A program made the position numbers and the translations under genes. Below, in pieces: positions 25,828 through 35,296 of a DNA stretch of 64,000 nucleotides. Source of the DNA: Candidatus Beckwithbacteria bacterium GW2011_GWC1_49_16 (lineage in GTDB: Bacteria; Patescibacteriota; Microgenomatia; UBA1400; CG1-02-47-37); the NCBI GenBank assembly GCA_001029675.1, contig CP011210.1, positions 193 to 64,192 of the forward strand, given 5' to 3'. How positions within the stretch are numbered: the stretch's first letter is position 1; every line of letters begins with the position of its first letter. A model generated the notes under the pieces. That model made no database searches and was not told the origin of the DNA. It saw only the letters and a program-made list of their open reading frames with translations.

Positions 25828-26227
25828 AATCAATCCTATCTGGTGGCTGGCGGCGGCGGCAGTTTTGGTGGCAGCGGCTTTGGTGATCAGAAATTGGGGA
25901 GAAATGAGCCAGGCTGGTCGTGGAGAAGAAATAGCCCTGGCGGTGCCCCAACAAACTCTGGAAGGTTTCTACCAAGACGCTGCGGTAAAAATCGAGGCGG
26001 CGGCGAGTAAAATGAAAGATTTGTCGAGTGCGGCCGAGGTGGAGCTAGCCTTGATGCGCCTGAGATCCGATTTGTGGTTTAACTATGGGAGCCTGGGGGG
26101 AGAGGTGGGCGCCGCCTGGCAAAACCTGGATAGCCGGTTGGGGGCGATTGAGGCTCAAGCCAGTTTGGGCGCCAGCCAGACGGTAGAGTCCTTAAAATTC
26201 CTCTTGGTGTCGGGGGCAGGATTTTGA
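25808..26227 (+). CDS. Hypothetical membrane-anchored protein
   Basis: N-terminal transmembrane helix WWLAAAAVLVAAALVI, then an Ala-rich soluble region. Confidence 0.45.
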   Translation: MKWGLSRINPIWWLAAAAVLVAAALVIRNWGEMSQAGRGEEIALAVPQQTLEGFYQDAAVKIEAAASKMKDLSSAAEVELALMRLRSDLWFNYGSLGGEVGAAWQNLDSRLGAIEAQASLGASQTVESLKFLLVSGAGF

Positions 26228-26455
26228 GAGTGTAAGAAAAAGGCCGGGATAGCGTCTTATAGATGATGGAATATTTAAACGACACCTGGAAACTGAAAGT
26301 ACAACTTGAATGCCTGAAATATGTTAAACATGCTTTTTAGCGCCATCAGCGAAACGATCAGCGACATTATCAAGTTAATTTCAATGGATCCCGAGGGAAA
26401 AAACCATGGACAGGGAAAGCGGCCAAGATCAGTTTAATATATACTGGGAGACTCG

Positions 26456-26974
26456 ATGGATAAAAAATCCTTTGCCCGAGCTTACCAGAAGTACGCCGAA
26501 GCCATCTTTCGACACTGCTACTTTAGGGTTTATGAAAGAAGCGATGCCCGAGATATTACCCAGGACACATTCGTTCGAGCATGGGAATACTTATCAAATG
26601 GGCAGGAGATTGATAATATGAGAGCATTTTTATACAAGGTAGCCGGCAACCTGGTGGTGGATTATTACCGGAAGAAGAAAGAGGTGTCTTTGGACCACTT
26701 GCGCGAGAAGGGCTTTGAGCCGGAAGGCGATTCGGGCAATGGCTATGAAACTAGACTAGATGCCAAGACGATTAGGCGGCTGCTAACCAAGCTTGACGAC
26801 GGCTACCGGGAAGTAATCGTTTTGCGGTACATCGACGGCTACAAGCCGAAAGAGATGGCGGAGATTATGGGCGTTGAAGCCAACACGGTGTCGGTTAGGC
26901 TCCACAGGGCAGCTAAAGAATTTAAAAAAATTTTAAGGAGGAACGGTTTTAACCATGAATATGGACAGATTTGA
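26456..26974 (+). CDS. ECF-type RNA polymerase sigma factor
   Basis: Region 2 (DITQDTFVRAWEY) and region 4 (VIVLRYIDGYKPKEMAEIMGVEANTVSVRLHRA). Confidence 0.85.
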   Translation: MDKKSFARAYQKYAEAIFRHCYFRVYERSDARDITQDTFVRAWEYLSNGQEIDNMRAFLYKVAGNLVVDYYRKKKEVSLDHLREKGFEPEGDSGNGYETRLDAKTIRRLLTKLDDGYREVIVLRYIDGYKPKEMAEIMGVEANTVSVRLHRAAKEFKKILRRNGFNHEYGQI

Positions 26975-27728
26975 TCAGGATTTAAACCAAATATTGGCCA
27001 AGGGTCGTGAAGTAAACTTAGGCTTTTGGGAAAAACAAGCGATGGGCTTTAGCATCATGGGGAAGATTTTCGGGAGTCTGACGGCGGGACTTCTATTGGT
27101 GCCGAAAAAGGCGGTGGCACTCGCCGGGCTGAGCTTACTCGCAATCGGGGGCGGGAGTGTTTGGGCCGCCGAGCAGGCTTTGCCCGGCGATGCGCTTTAT
27201 GGTTTGAAGGTAGCGGCACATAACGGGGTGGGGGTAGTGGTTCAAGTAGCGCCGGAAGCAAAGGCCAACTGGGCGATCAAAGAAATCGACAGAACGATGA
27301 GAGAGATAGAGAAGTTTGAAGAAGAAGGCGGCCAGGTGGATGTTGAACTGGAAGCGCAGACTAATACCATAATTGAAACTCAGCTTGATAATTTTTATGA
27401 AGCCAAAGCCAAAGTAGTAGCCAAAAAGGGGGCCAAAGCGGGAGAAAAGCTGGAAACCAGGCTAGGCAGCCGGGTGAGAAACTTAGCCCGTTGGCTTGAC
27501 GGCGAGGCGATGGTAGGCGGGGGAGCCGAAGGCAAGATCGAGGCAGAAACCGAGGCGGAGGTCAAAGGTGAGGCGGTTGAGGGAGACGCAGAAGGCAAGA
27601 CAGAGATAGAAACCCAGGCAGAGGCAGAAGGGGAGGCAGAAAAAGACGAGGCAGAAGCGGCAGAGGCGAGGGGCAAAAGCGGGGTGCGTTTCGAACTGCC
27701 GAAGATCAAGCTCGATTTTAGTTTTTGA
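26955..27728 (+). CDS. Putative anti-sigma factor / membrane protein with acidic E-A repeat tail
   Basis: Overlaps the sigma-factor gene; single transmembrane helix; the C-terminus is EAETEAEVKGEAVEGDAEGKTEIETQAEAEGEAEKDEAEAAEA. Confidence 0.5.
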   Translation: MNMDRFDQDLNQILAKGREVNLGFWEKQAMGFSIMGKIFGSLTAGLLLVPKKAVALAGLSLLAIGGGSVWAAEQALPGDALYGLKVAAHNGVGVVVQVAPEAKANWAIKEIDRTMREIEKFEEEGGQVDVELEAQTNTIIETQLDNFYEAKAKVVAKKGAKAGEKLETRLGSRVRNLARWLDGEAMVGGGAEGKIEAETEAEVKGEAVEGDAEGKTEIETQAEAEGEAEKDEAEAAEARGKSGVRFELPKIKLDFSF

Positions 27729-29406
27729 AGAAGTCGGCGGTGCGGGACATGGCGGTGTTGAAAACTGCCCCTTCGAGGTTGTGGCCGCCGCTGGGGTATT
27801 CAAAAAGCTGGTGGGGAATGGCGGTGGTATTGAGGATTTGGATTAAATTTTGCGAGTAGCCGATATTGACCACGTTATCGTTTTCGGCGTGGTGGATTTG
27901 GATGGCGCCTTGGACACCGTCCAAAAAATTGGTGGCAGGGACCTGGCTCCAGAAAGAGGATGAAGGGTCAAACTCGCCGTGGGTGGCAAAAAGTTCTTCT
28001 CGCCGGCGTCTGCGATCGTCGTCCATGCCGGGCGGGCGGTAGGAACGGTCGGCCAGGCGGTACTCCTGCCAATCCTCATAGGTATAAACTGCCCCGGCCC
28101 AGATGACCACTTTGGGGATGTCGGGTTTGGCGGCCAAGGCGCGCATGACGACGTTGCCGGCCATGGAGTGGCCCCAGAGGCCGATTCTATTTGGGTTGAC
28201 CAGGTCGAAAGATTCTAAAGCGGCGTAAGCGTTTAAGGTATCGATGACGTAGTCGCCGGAGTAATAGGCCCCGCTAGCCTGACCCTCTGACTGGTCGTGG
28301 CCCCGAAGGTCGATTTTGAAAACCACCAAGCCTTGTTCGGCTAAATACGAGGCATAGGCATGATAGTTTTCCAGAGTGCGGTAGTTAGCCGGCGGAATAT
28401 AGCCGTGGATAAAAACGACGGTGGGGAAACCTGCCGGCGGCGGCTCGGCTTTGGGGACATATAAAAGGCCGTTGACTTTTAAGCCGTCGGAGGCGTAGCT
28501 GGTTAAGTAAGCGATATAGTCATCGCTTTCCAGCGCCAGGTTTAACTGGCCTAGCCGGCTTTGGTAGGAGCGGTTTTTTAAATAAGGGATGGTTAACTTT
28601 TCAAAAGGCATGGGGTTGGCCGGGTTGTCCTCGGCGGCTTGGTTGGTGGTGGTCCGCCAGCTGGCGGAAGGGGCGGCGGTTTTGGGGCCGGTAAAGATAA
28701 GGTAGCCGAGGCCGACGATAAAAAGGGCGACCAGCACCAGGCGGCGGAATTTTTGGCGGTTGAGGCGCCCGGCCATTTTTTTGGCTAAAGCCGCGGCCAG
28801 GAAAGAAACCAAAATAGCCCAAACCAGGGTGGTGGGGCCGTAGTCTTTTAAGCTAAAGTGGTTGAGCCAGTAGCCGCTTAATCTGGCAGTGTCAATGAGC
28901 AAGCCGATGGCGCCGGAAGTAAAGATGTAGATGGATTTGTCAAGGTTGAAGGCAGTCAAAAAGGCACTTCTGACGGCGCCGCCGACGCCAAAGACGGCGG
29001 CAGTCAGACCCGAGAGGCCGCCGCCTAGAGCAGCGTTTAAGTTGGTGGGTTTGAGACGCCAGCGGGGCTTTTTAAAAATGAAAATGACGTAGCCGACTAA
29101 GAAAAGACCTAAAAGTTTTTTGAGTTCAAACTCGGGCAGGATGCCGGGGAGGCCGGCGGCGGCAAAAGCAACGATGATGCCGGGGAGGCCAAAAAGCCAG
29201 ATTAATTTCCAGTTGAGGCCCCTTTTAAAAAGAAAGATTTTCCAGACATCGACGAACCAGTGGATAATGCCGGCAAAAAACAAGGTTTCGGGCAGAGGGT
29301 AGAAAAGCGATAGCGTGGGCACCAGGATGGTGGAGGAGCCGAAGCCGGTGATGGTGCCGACAAAAGCGCCGACGAAAGTCAAAAGAACGACTAGGAGAGC
29401 AGCCAT
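27718..29406 (-). CDS. Fusion of a TSUP (TauE/SafE) permease with an alpha/beta-hydrolase (S9/dienelactone-hydrolase-like)
   Basis: N-terminal multi-transmembrane region with G-rich TSUP repeats. The C-terminal domain has a GLWGHSMAG nucleophile elbow and a HHAENDNVV region. Confidence 0.7.
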   Translation of the reverse strand: MAALLVVLLTFVGAFVGTITGFGSSTILVPTLSLFYPLPETLFFAGIIHWFVDVWKIFLFKRGLNWKLIWLFGLPGIIVAFAAAGLPGILPEFELKKLLGLFLVGYVIFIFKKPRWRLKPTNLNAALGGGLSGLTAAVFGVGGAVRSAFLTAFNLDKSIYIFTSGAIGLLIDTARLSGYWLNHFSLKDYGPTTLVWAILVSFLAAALAKKMAGRLNRQKFRRLVLVALFIVGLGYLIFTGPKTAAPSASWRTTTNQAAEDNPANPMPFEKLTIPYLKNRSYQSRLGQLNLALESDDYIAYLTSYASDGLKVNGLLYVPKAEPPPAGFPTVVFIHGYIPPANYRTLENYHAYASYLAEQGLVVFKIDLRGHDQSEGQASGAYYSGDYVIDTLNAYAALESFDLVNPNRIGLWGHSMAGNVVMRALAAKPDIPKVVIWAGAVYTYEDWQEYRLADRSYRPPGMDDDRRRRREELFATHGEFDPSSSFWSQVPATNFLDGVQGAIQIHHAENDNVVNIGYSQNLIQILNTTAIPHQLFEYPSGGHNLEGAVFNTAMSRTADFFKN

Positions 29407-29410
29407 CAGG

Positions 29411-29845
29411 CTATTTTAGTTTTTCCAGCTTCATCATGGCGGCGCCTTGAGCAAAGTCAAGCACCAAAGCCAAAACGAAAGCGACGCGCCAGGAAGAGAT
29501 GCCAAAGCCTAAATTGTCGGCCAAGCGGGCGATTGCCCAGACGGCGACAAAGTTTAGGATGAAGTATTTAACCATCCATTCTTTTGCGGTGAGCCTTCGG
29601 CCTTTGACTCGCTCGATTTCCCTGACAAAAGGAATGGCAAAGGTGTTTAGAAGCGCCAAGGTGCCGACGGCGTGGATTAAAGCCCAGCCGGGGGTGATAT
29701 TGGCGGTGCCTAAAACTACGGCGCGGGGAAAGTAGCGGGAGCTCAAGTAAACGATGAGGGCGTTGACCGTCCAGAGAACAAAGAAAGTGACCACCAGGAC
29801 AATGCCGGGGTTTTTGAGAGGAGAGAAAGATTTGGTTTTGGCCAT
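29411..29845 (-). CDS. Hypothetical membrane protein (4 TM)
   Basis: 144-aa hydrophobic ORF. Confidence 0.5.
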   Translation of the reverse strand: MAKTKSFSPLKNPGIVLVVTFFVLWTVNALIVYLSSRYFPRAVVLGTANITPGWALIHAVGTLALLNTFAIPFVREIERVKGRRLTAKEWMVKYFILNFVAVWAIARLADNLGFGISSWRVAFVLALVLDFAQGAAMMKLEKLK

Positions 29846-29899
29846 ATTTTAAGTGTAGCAAATTTTGATTTTGAAAGCTAGGTGTATGATGTTTAGTGT

Positions 29900-31204
29900 A
29901 TGTGGCGCAAAATAGCAGTCTGGGTCGGTTTGGTCGGCGTTTTAATCGGGGGGGGTTTGACGGGTTTAAAGTTGTTACCCAAAAAGGAGTGGGTGGGGCC
30001 GAAGCACACGGTAGCGGTAGTGGCGATAGACACGGCGCCGAAAAATTTGTGGGACGAGGAGATAGGCATTTATGTTAAGGGCAATCACGACAATTACCTG
30101 CAGAAAGGAAAAGTTTGGGAGAGGCCGGCAGAGATAAAGTTTTATGAGGTTGACGGCAAGTTGGTTTTTGAAAACAAAATTGGTTTGAGGCTCCACGGCG
30201 AAGGGACCCGGTTAATGCCGCAAAAGTCGTTTAGAGTTTATTTTAAAGAAGTGGAGGGCGGGGCAGGGATAATAAGCTACCCGGTGTTTGGAGCCGAGGG
30301 AAGTAAAAGATACGCCAGCTTGGTGTTGAGGCCGGGAGACAACCAGGAGACGATGATTAGGGATGAGCTGGCCAGTAGGTTGGTGAGACAAAACTCGGAT
30401 ATAGACGTGCGTTTGGCCCGGCCGGTGGCGGTGTACCTTAACGGAGAATATTGGGGACTTTATTTTCTTCAGGAGAGGTTCGACCAGGCTTACTTTAGGG
30501 AAAGATACGGCGCCAGTTCTAACTTATTGGATTTAGTCGAAGTGGTTTTGGCCAGCGGGGAAAACAAGGGTTTGGCGGTGGTGGATAAAGAACTTAACAA
30601 CCAGGTAGCCGTGGAAGAATATAATCAGCTTTTGGCCAAGGTGCGGGAGTGTCATGGTTGTTTCGGTTACTATTCTTTGGACGGGATAGTAGATCTGACT
30701 AACTTAAGGGATTATTTGGTTTGGGAGATGTTTTTTGGCAATGCCGACTGGCCCTACAATAATACTAGGGCTTGGCGGTATAAAAAAGAAGGCAAGGGCG
30801 AACTGGATGGGAGATGGCGCTGGTTGCTGTTTGACCTTGATGCGGGCATGGGGGAGGCTGCCGTCAATCCTTATGACCAGTTGGTGGATGAAGCCTTCCC
30901 CTTAAGAAACTTGTTTTATGATCCGAACTTTATCAGCGGTTATTCGAGGAGGGTTGAGGAGCTTTTTGGCGGAAAGTTTCGCGGGGAGGAGTTGGCGGCG
31001 GAGGTTGACAGCTTAGCGGCCGAGGTGAGGCCGGAGATGGCGCGCCAAATTGAGCGTTGGGGCAATCAAGTTGCAGACGATGGCTCGCATGGAGTCGGGA
31101 GCCTGGATGAATGGGAGAGGCAAATTGAATTGTTGAAAGTGTTTTTAAGCAATCGGCCCGAGGAGTTTGTCAGCTTAACGAAAAGTTTTGCGGCCGGGGT
31201 TTGA
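29900..31204 (+). CDS. CotH-family protein (atypical kinase fold), membrane-anchored
   Basis: KKSFRVYF, YLNGEYWGLYFLQE and DLTNLRDYLVWEMFFGNADW are CotH motifs. Confidence 0.7.
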   Translation: MWRKIAVWVGLVGVLIGGGLTGLKLLPKKEWVGPKHTVAVVAIDTAPKNLWDEEIGIYVKGNHDNYLQKGKVWERPAEIKFYEVDGKLVFENKIGLRLHGEGTRLMPQKSFRVYFKEVEGGAGIISYPVFGAEGSKRYASLVLRPGDNQETMIRDELASRLVRQNSDIDVRLARPVAVYLNGEYWGLYFLQERFDQAYFRERYGASSNLLDLVEVVLASGENKGLAVVDKELNNQVAVEEYNQLLAKVRECHGCFGYYSLDGIVDLTNLRDYLVWEMFFGNADWPYNNTRAWRYKKEGKGELDGRWRWLLFDLDAGMGEAAVNPYDQLVDEAFPLRNLFYDPNFISGYSRRVEELFGGKFRGEELAAEVDSLAAEVRPEMARQIERWGNQVADDGSHGVGSLDEWERQIELLKVFLSNRPEEFVSLTKSFAAGV

Positions 31205-31236
31205 CAGCCCAGAGTGGCTGGTTTAGGATTTAATCC

Positions 31237-33024
31237 GTGGCTAAACTTAGTCAAGAATTAACAGATTTATACCGGCGGATAGGGGAGCTTGGCTTACCCA
31301 CTTTGAGTTTTGCGGCGATTCACTTAAACTCAAAAGGTTTTTCCTGGGCGGAGCTGGGGCGCGAGCGGGGGGTAACTTACCAAAAGGTCAACCAAGGCAA
31401 AAAGGAAACTGATTTTTTGATTGCCTGGATTAAAAAGCGGATGGAGGCTGAAAAAGTTAAGTACGTGGCGGTGAACATTTCCGGCAAGGGAGACTTGGAA
31501 GAGTTGGGGGCGGGGCTGTGGCTTAAGCTTGACGCGGTGCCTTTAATCGACAGGCGAACCAAAAATCCCAGCAAAAGGCGGTTGGATTGGCTGGCCAGAA
31601 GGACGCAAACTAAGTTTGAAGCCGACGACGTGGTCAAGGTGAAGCTAAAATCAAGAAACCAGGTGGAGGTAGCTTGGCTGGTGAGAAGCCAGGAATACGA
31701 AAAGGTGGATAAAAAGTGGTGGCGCAGGCTAGTTAGTCAAGCGGAGGAGTTTGGGAGTAAAAAAATTTTGTTTATTAATGCCACTCCCCGCGGCGGCGGG
31801 GTGGCGATGATGCGCCACGCCTTGGTGAGGCTTTATAAGTTAATCGGGGTTGACGCCCGCTGGCACGTGTTGCAGGAGCGGGCCGAGGCTTTTGAGGTGA
31901 CCAAACGCAAGTTTCATAACGTGCTCCAGGGAGCGGCCGGGCGGGGGGTTAGTTTGACCGGCAAGGATAGGCAAGTTTATGAGGCATGGATCGGCGAGAA
32001 CGCCGAGATGCTCAAGCCGGTGATAGAGCGGGCCGACGTGGTGGTGATTGATGACCCGCAGCCTTCGGGGTTAATTAAGTTTATCAGGCGTTGGGCCGAA
32101 GACAAAAAAATTATTTACCGGTCGCACATTCACCTTGACAGTAAGTTGATTAACCGCTCGGGGACGGCGGCAAGGAGAAGCTTTGAGTATATTTGGGCCA
32201 ATGCCAAAAAGGCGAACGTGTTTATCAGCCACCCGATGTTGGAGTTTATCCCCAAGGTGGTATCCCGTGACCAGGTAGTACTTTGGGGGGCGGCCACCGA
32301 TCCTTGGGACGGGATCAACAAACCCTTGACGCGAGCGCAAACCAACTACTACTTGAAGCGGTTTAACAAAATCCTTTTGGAGGAGGGACAGGAACCTTTG
32401 GATTTAACCAGAGACTACATTATCCAGATTGCCAGATTTGACCCGTCAAAGGGAATTGAAGATGTGCTGGAAGCTTTTAGATTGCTTAGGGCAAAAATGG
32501 AGAGTAAGCCCCCCCGTAAAGCTAGGCTACGGGGTAAACCCCAGTTAGTGCTGGCCGGCCATGGGTCGATAGACGATCCCGACGGGGCGCCGATTTTTAA
32601 CTTGATTTCAGGGTTAGTTGGTAGCCAGCGCTACCGGCACCTGAAAGATGACATCAAGATAGCCAGGCTGCCGGCGGTGGATCAGATTTTAAACGCACTC
32701 TTGCGCCGCTCAAAAGTTGCCTTGCAGCTGTCTCACAAAGAAGGTTTTGAGATTAAGGTGACCGAGGCTTTGATGAAAGGGGTGCCGGTAGTCAGCTACA
32801 ACGTCGGGGGGATACCGCTTCAAATCAAAGACGGCGTCAGCGGCTTGGTGGTGAAAAAGACTGGCAACACCAGGCAGGTGGCAGAAAAACTTTACCGGCT
32901 TTTGACCGACAAAAGGTTTTATCAAAAGATGAGCCGGGGGGCCAAACGGGAAGCAATCAAAGAGGGGTTGACGGTGCCCAACGCCGCCGTTTGGCTGTAT
33001 CTGGCTAACAAACTGGTAGAATAG
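31237..33024 (+). CDS. treT: Trehalose glycosyltransferring synthase-like GT4 glycosyltransferase with ~170-aa N-terminal extension
   Basis: INATPRGGGVAMM...ARWHVLQ...FEVTKRKFHNVLQGA closely mirrors the TreT N-domain signature, and the C-terminus has GFEIKVTEALMKGVPVV (GT-B). Confidence 0.65.
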   Translation: MAKLSQELTDLYRRIGELGLPTLSFAAIHLNSKGFSWAELGRERGVTYQKVNQGKKETDFLIAWIKKRMEAEKVKYVAVNISGKGDLEELGAGLWLKLDAVPLIDRRTKNPSKRRLDWLARRTQTKFEADDVVKVKLKSRNQVEVAWLVRSQEYEKVDKKWWRRLVSQAEEFGSKKILFINATPRGGGVAMMRHALVRLYKLIGVDARWHVLQERAEAFEVTKRKFHNVLQGAAGRGVSLTGKDRQVYEAWIGENAEMLKPVIERADVVVIDDPQPSGLIKFIRRWAEDKKIIYRSHIHLDSKLINRSGTAARRSFEYIWANAKKANVFISHPMLEFIPKVVSRDQVVLWGAATDPWDGINKPLTRAQTNYYLKRFNKILLEEGQEPLDLTRDYIIQIARFDPSKGIEDVLEAFRLLRAKMESKPPRKARLRGKPQLVLAGHGSIDDPDGAPIFNLISGLVGSQRYRHLKDDIKIARLPAVDQILNALLRRSKVALQLSHKEGFEIKVTEALMKGVPVVSYNVGGIPLQIKDGVSGLVVKKTGNTRQVAEKLYRLLTDKRFYQKMSRGAKREAIKEGLTVPNAAVWLYLANKLVE

Positions 33025-33028
33025 AGGG

Positions 33029-33769
33029 ATGGAAAATTTAGGTTTGATTTTATTAGCGACGGGGCTGATCAGTCTGGGTGGCTTAATCGGGATTGTTAGC
33101 TTGGCGGTTAACCAAAAGCGTTTAGAGCGAGCCCTTTTAGTCTTGGTGAGTTTGTCGGCGGGGGCTTTAATGGGTGGCGCCTTTTTACACTTGCTGCCTG
33201 AAGCGGTAAACCAGCTTGATTCGGAATTGGCTTTTGGGGGAGTTTTGGTGGTATTTATTGGGTTTTTCTTGGTGGAGAAAGTGCTTCACTGGCATCACTG
33301 CCATAAGGGAAATTGTGAACAAAAGGAGCTTTTGGGGAGGATTAATTTGATCGGCGACAGCCTGCACAATTTTTTGGACGGGCTGATTATTGCGGCCGGG
33401 TTTGGGGTGAGTCGAAATTTGGGTTGGGCGACAACATTGGCGGTGGCTTTGCACGAAATTCCCCAGGAGATCGGCGATTTTGGGGTGCTACTTTACGCCG
33501 GTTGGGGAAGAAGGAAAGCTTTGGTAGCCAATTTTTTGGCGGCCCTGACGGTGGTTTTGGGAGGAGCGATTGGGTACCTGATTTCGGTGAGCGACAACTT
33601 AATTGCCTACATGCTGCCGGTGGCGGCCGGTGGCTTTATCTACATTGCTGCGTCAGACCTGATGCCGGAGATTAAAAAAGAAGAGAGTTTGAGAAAGTCG
33701 GTGAAGCTTTTTTTGGTGTTTTTGCTGGGAGTAGGGTTAATGTGGGCGTTAAAATTACTGGAGCCTTAA
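33029..33769 (+). CDS. ZIP-family zinc/iron permease
   Basis: HEIPQEIGDFGVL and HNFLDGL are ZIP motifs; eight transmembrane helices. Confidence 0.85.
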   Translation: MENLGLILLATGLISLGGLIGIVSLAVNQKRLERALLVLVSLSAGALMGGAFLHLLPEAVNQLDSELAFGGVLVVFIGFFLVEKVLHWHHCHKGNCEQKELLGRINLIGDSLHNFLDGLIIAAGFGVSRNLGWATTLAVALHEIPQEIGDFGVLLYAGWGRRKALVANFLAALTVVLGGAIGYLISVSDNLIAYMLPVAAGGFIYIAASDLMPEIKKEESLRKSVKLFLVFLLGVGLMWALKLLEP

Positions 33770-33772
33770 ACT

Positions 33773-34531
33773 ATGGAAGCGAGAGACTTTAAGCAAAGAT
33801 TAAAGGCGGCGGAAAGCCTCTTGGCTCAAAAAACCACCAGCCGGACTAAGTTTGAGGCGGCACGAAAGCTAATCTCCGGGATTAATCCGACGCTTGACGC
33901 CAAATTGAAGCGGGTGGCCAAGGTTTTGGCGACGGTGGAGAAAATAAAAAAGGGTAAAGTGATCGAGCTGGCGGCCGAGCGCTTGTCGGCGGGTACCCCC
34001 GAGCAGAAAAAAAGAAAAAAGAAATTACTGCTTTTGATTAATGCTTGGAAAGACTTAAAGGCAGAGGTTGGCAGGGTGAGAAGCGAGTTTGAAAAACCAG
34101 ACGCCAAAGGAATGGCTCAATTGGCAGCTTACGCCAAAGGCCCATTGGGGTTGGTAACAGCAGCGGCAGCGGTAGTGGTGGGGGCAGGTTGGTGGTTGAG
34201 TCAGAATGCGGCTGAAGTCGAGCTAGTCAACCGCGGCTGTGACCCGATTCAGCCGGCGGTGTCCCGGACGCTTAACTTGCCGGGCTTGAGGCTGCCGAGC
34301 CAGCCGATTGGCGACGGGGAATCAGCGGTGGCTTTAGTGCCGCCTTTAAAAGTGGCGGTAGAGGGTGGAGAGCGGCAAGTGGGTTTGTCAATTTACGGTT
34401 TGAAGATGGGGTTTGAGCTTGCGGAAGGAGCCAGCGATGTCAAGTACGACGGCCAGTCGCTTTTAAACCAAACCAATGTGATCAAGCTAGCGCCGGGATC
34501 GAGGCACCAAGTAGAGCTTGAGTGCGATTAA
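33773..34531 (+). CDS. Hypothetical protein with one TM helix
   Basis: 252-aa ORF whose 3' end overlaps the convergent VKOR gene by about 45 nt. Confidence 0.45.
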   Translation: MEARDFKQRLKAAESLLAQKTTSRTKFEAARKLISGINPTLDAKLKRVAKVLATVEKIKKGKVIELAAERLSAGTPEQKKRKKKLLLLINAWKDLKAEVGRVRSEFEKPDAKGMAQLAAYAKGPLGLVTAAAAVVVGAGWWLSQNAAEVELVNRGCDPIQPAVSRTLNLPGLRLPSQPIGDGESAVALVPPLKVAVEGGERQVGLSIYGLKMGFELAEGASDVKYDGQSLLNQTNVIKLAPGSRHQVELECD

Positions 34532-34897
34532 AAACAGCGCCAGCATGACTATTTGGCAGGCGCCGCAGACGGGGCAAAAAACCTTTTCGACAAAGATTTC
34601 CAAGTAGGTGAGTCTTAAGCAAAAGACCATGCCAAAGGCGGCCATGGCGAGCATCAGTTTGGGGAGTTTCATCAGGGCAGAGTAAAGAATCAGGATGTAG
34701 CCGACTAGACCGATGAGGGCGACGGGCAGGCCCAAGAATTCGGCCAAAGGCCCCTTGGTGACGGCGTCGCAGTTGACGGTGGCGGTAATGTCGCACAGCC
34801 CCGGAGGGACGGGGGCAAGGTAGGAGTAGAAAAGGTAGCTGGCCAGGATAATGCCGAAGACAGAGAGCCAAGTGGCGGCTTTATAGAGTTTAGCCAT
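34487..34897 (-). CDS. Vitamin K epoxide reductase (VKOR) family membrane protein
   Basis: Taking the start at MAKLYKA... (ATG at 34897), it has loop Cys residues (CDITATVNC), a CPVCGAC active-site motif and four transmembrane helices. Confidence 0.7.
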   Translation of the reverse strand: MAKLYKAATWLSVFGIILASYLFYSYLAPVPPGLCDITATVNCDAVTKGPLAEFLGLPVALIGLVGYILILYSALMKLPKLMLAMAAFGMVFCLRLTYLEIFVEKVFCPVCGACQIVMLALFLIALKLYLVPRSRR

Positions 34898-34915
34898 TAA
34901 GGTATTATACACACA

Positions 34916-35296
34916 ATGGATAAAAAGAGTTGGTGGTTGACCGCGGGGACGATTTTGGCGGTGTTGGTGCCGGTGGTGGTGTTTGCGCTGGTGGCAGGCA
35001 AGCCCAAGGTTGAGCCGGGCAGATACGATGCTCTGGCCCAGTGTTTGAGCGACAAGGGAGTAAAAATGTACGGGGCTTATTGGTGCTCGCATTGCCAGAA
35101 TCAAAAAGAGATGTTTGGTGAAAGTTTTAGCAAGGTAGACTATGTAGAGTGCTCTCTTCCCGGAGGCCAAGGGCAAACCGACGAGTGTGCGGCAGCCGGT
35201 ATTTCCGGCTATCCGACGTGGGAGTTTGGGGATGGCAGTAGGGTTGAGGGTGAGCTTCAGCTTTCAGTTTTAGCCCAAAAGTCCGGCTGTGAGTAA
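34916..35296 (+). CDS. Thioredoxin-fold protein (periplasmic, CxxC), likely VKOR partner
   Basis: Transmembrane anchor followed by YGAYWCSHCQNQKEMF. Confidence 0.7.
   Translation: MDKKSWWLTAGTILAVLVPVVVFALVAGKPKVEPGRYDALAQCLSDKGVKMYGAYWCSHCQNQKEMFGESFSKVDYVECSLPGGQGQTDECAAAGISGYPTWEFGDGSRVEGELQLSVLAQKSGCE

Noticed and set aside
34482-35176. Long N-terminal extensions of the VKOR ORF (229 aa and 129 aa variants)
   Set aside because: The extension is His/Arg-rich and overlaps the upstream gene. The VKOR fold begins at the internal MAKLYKA methionine.
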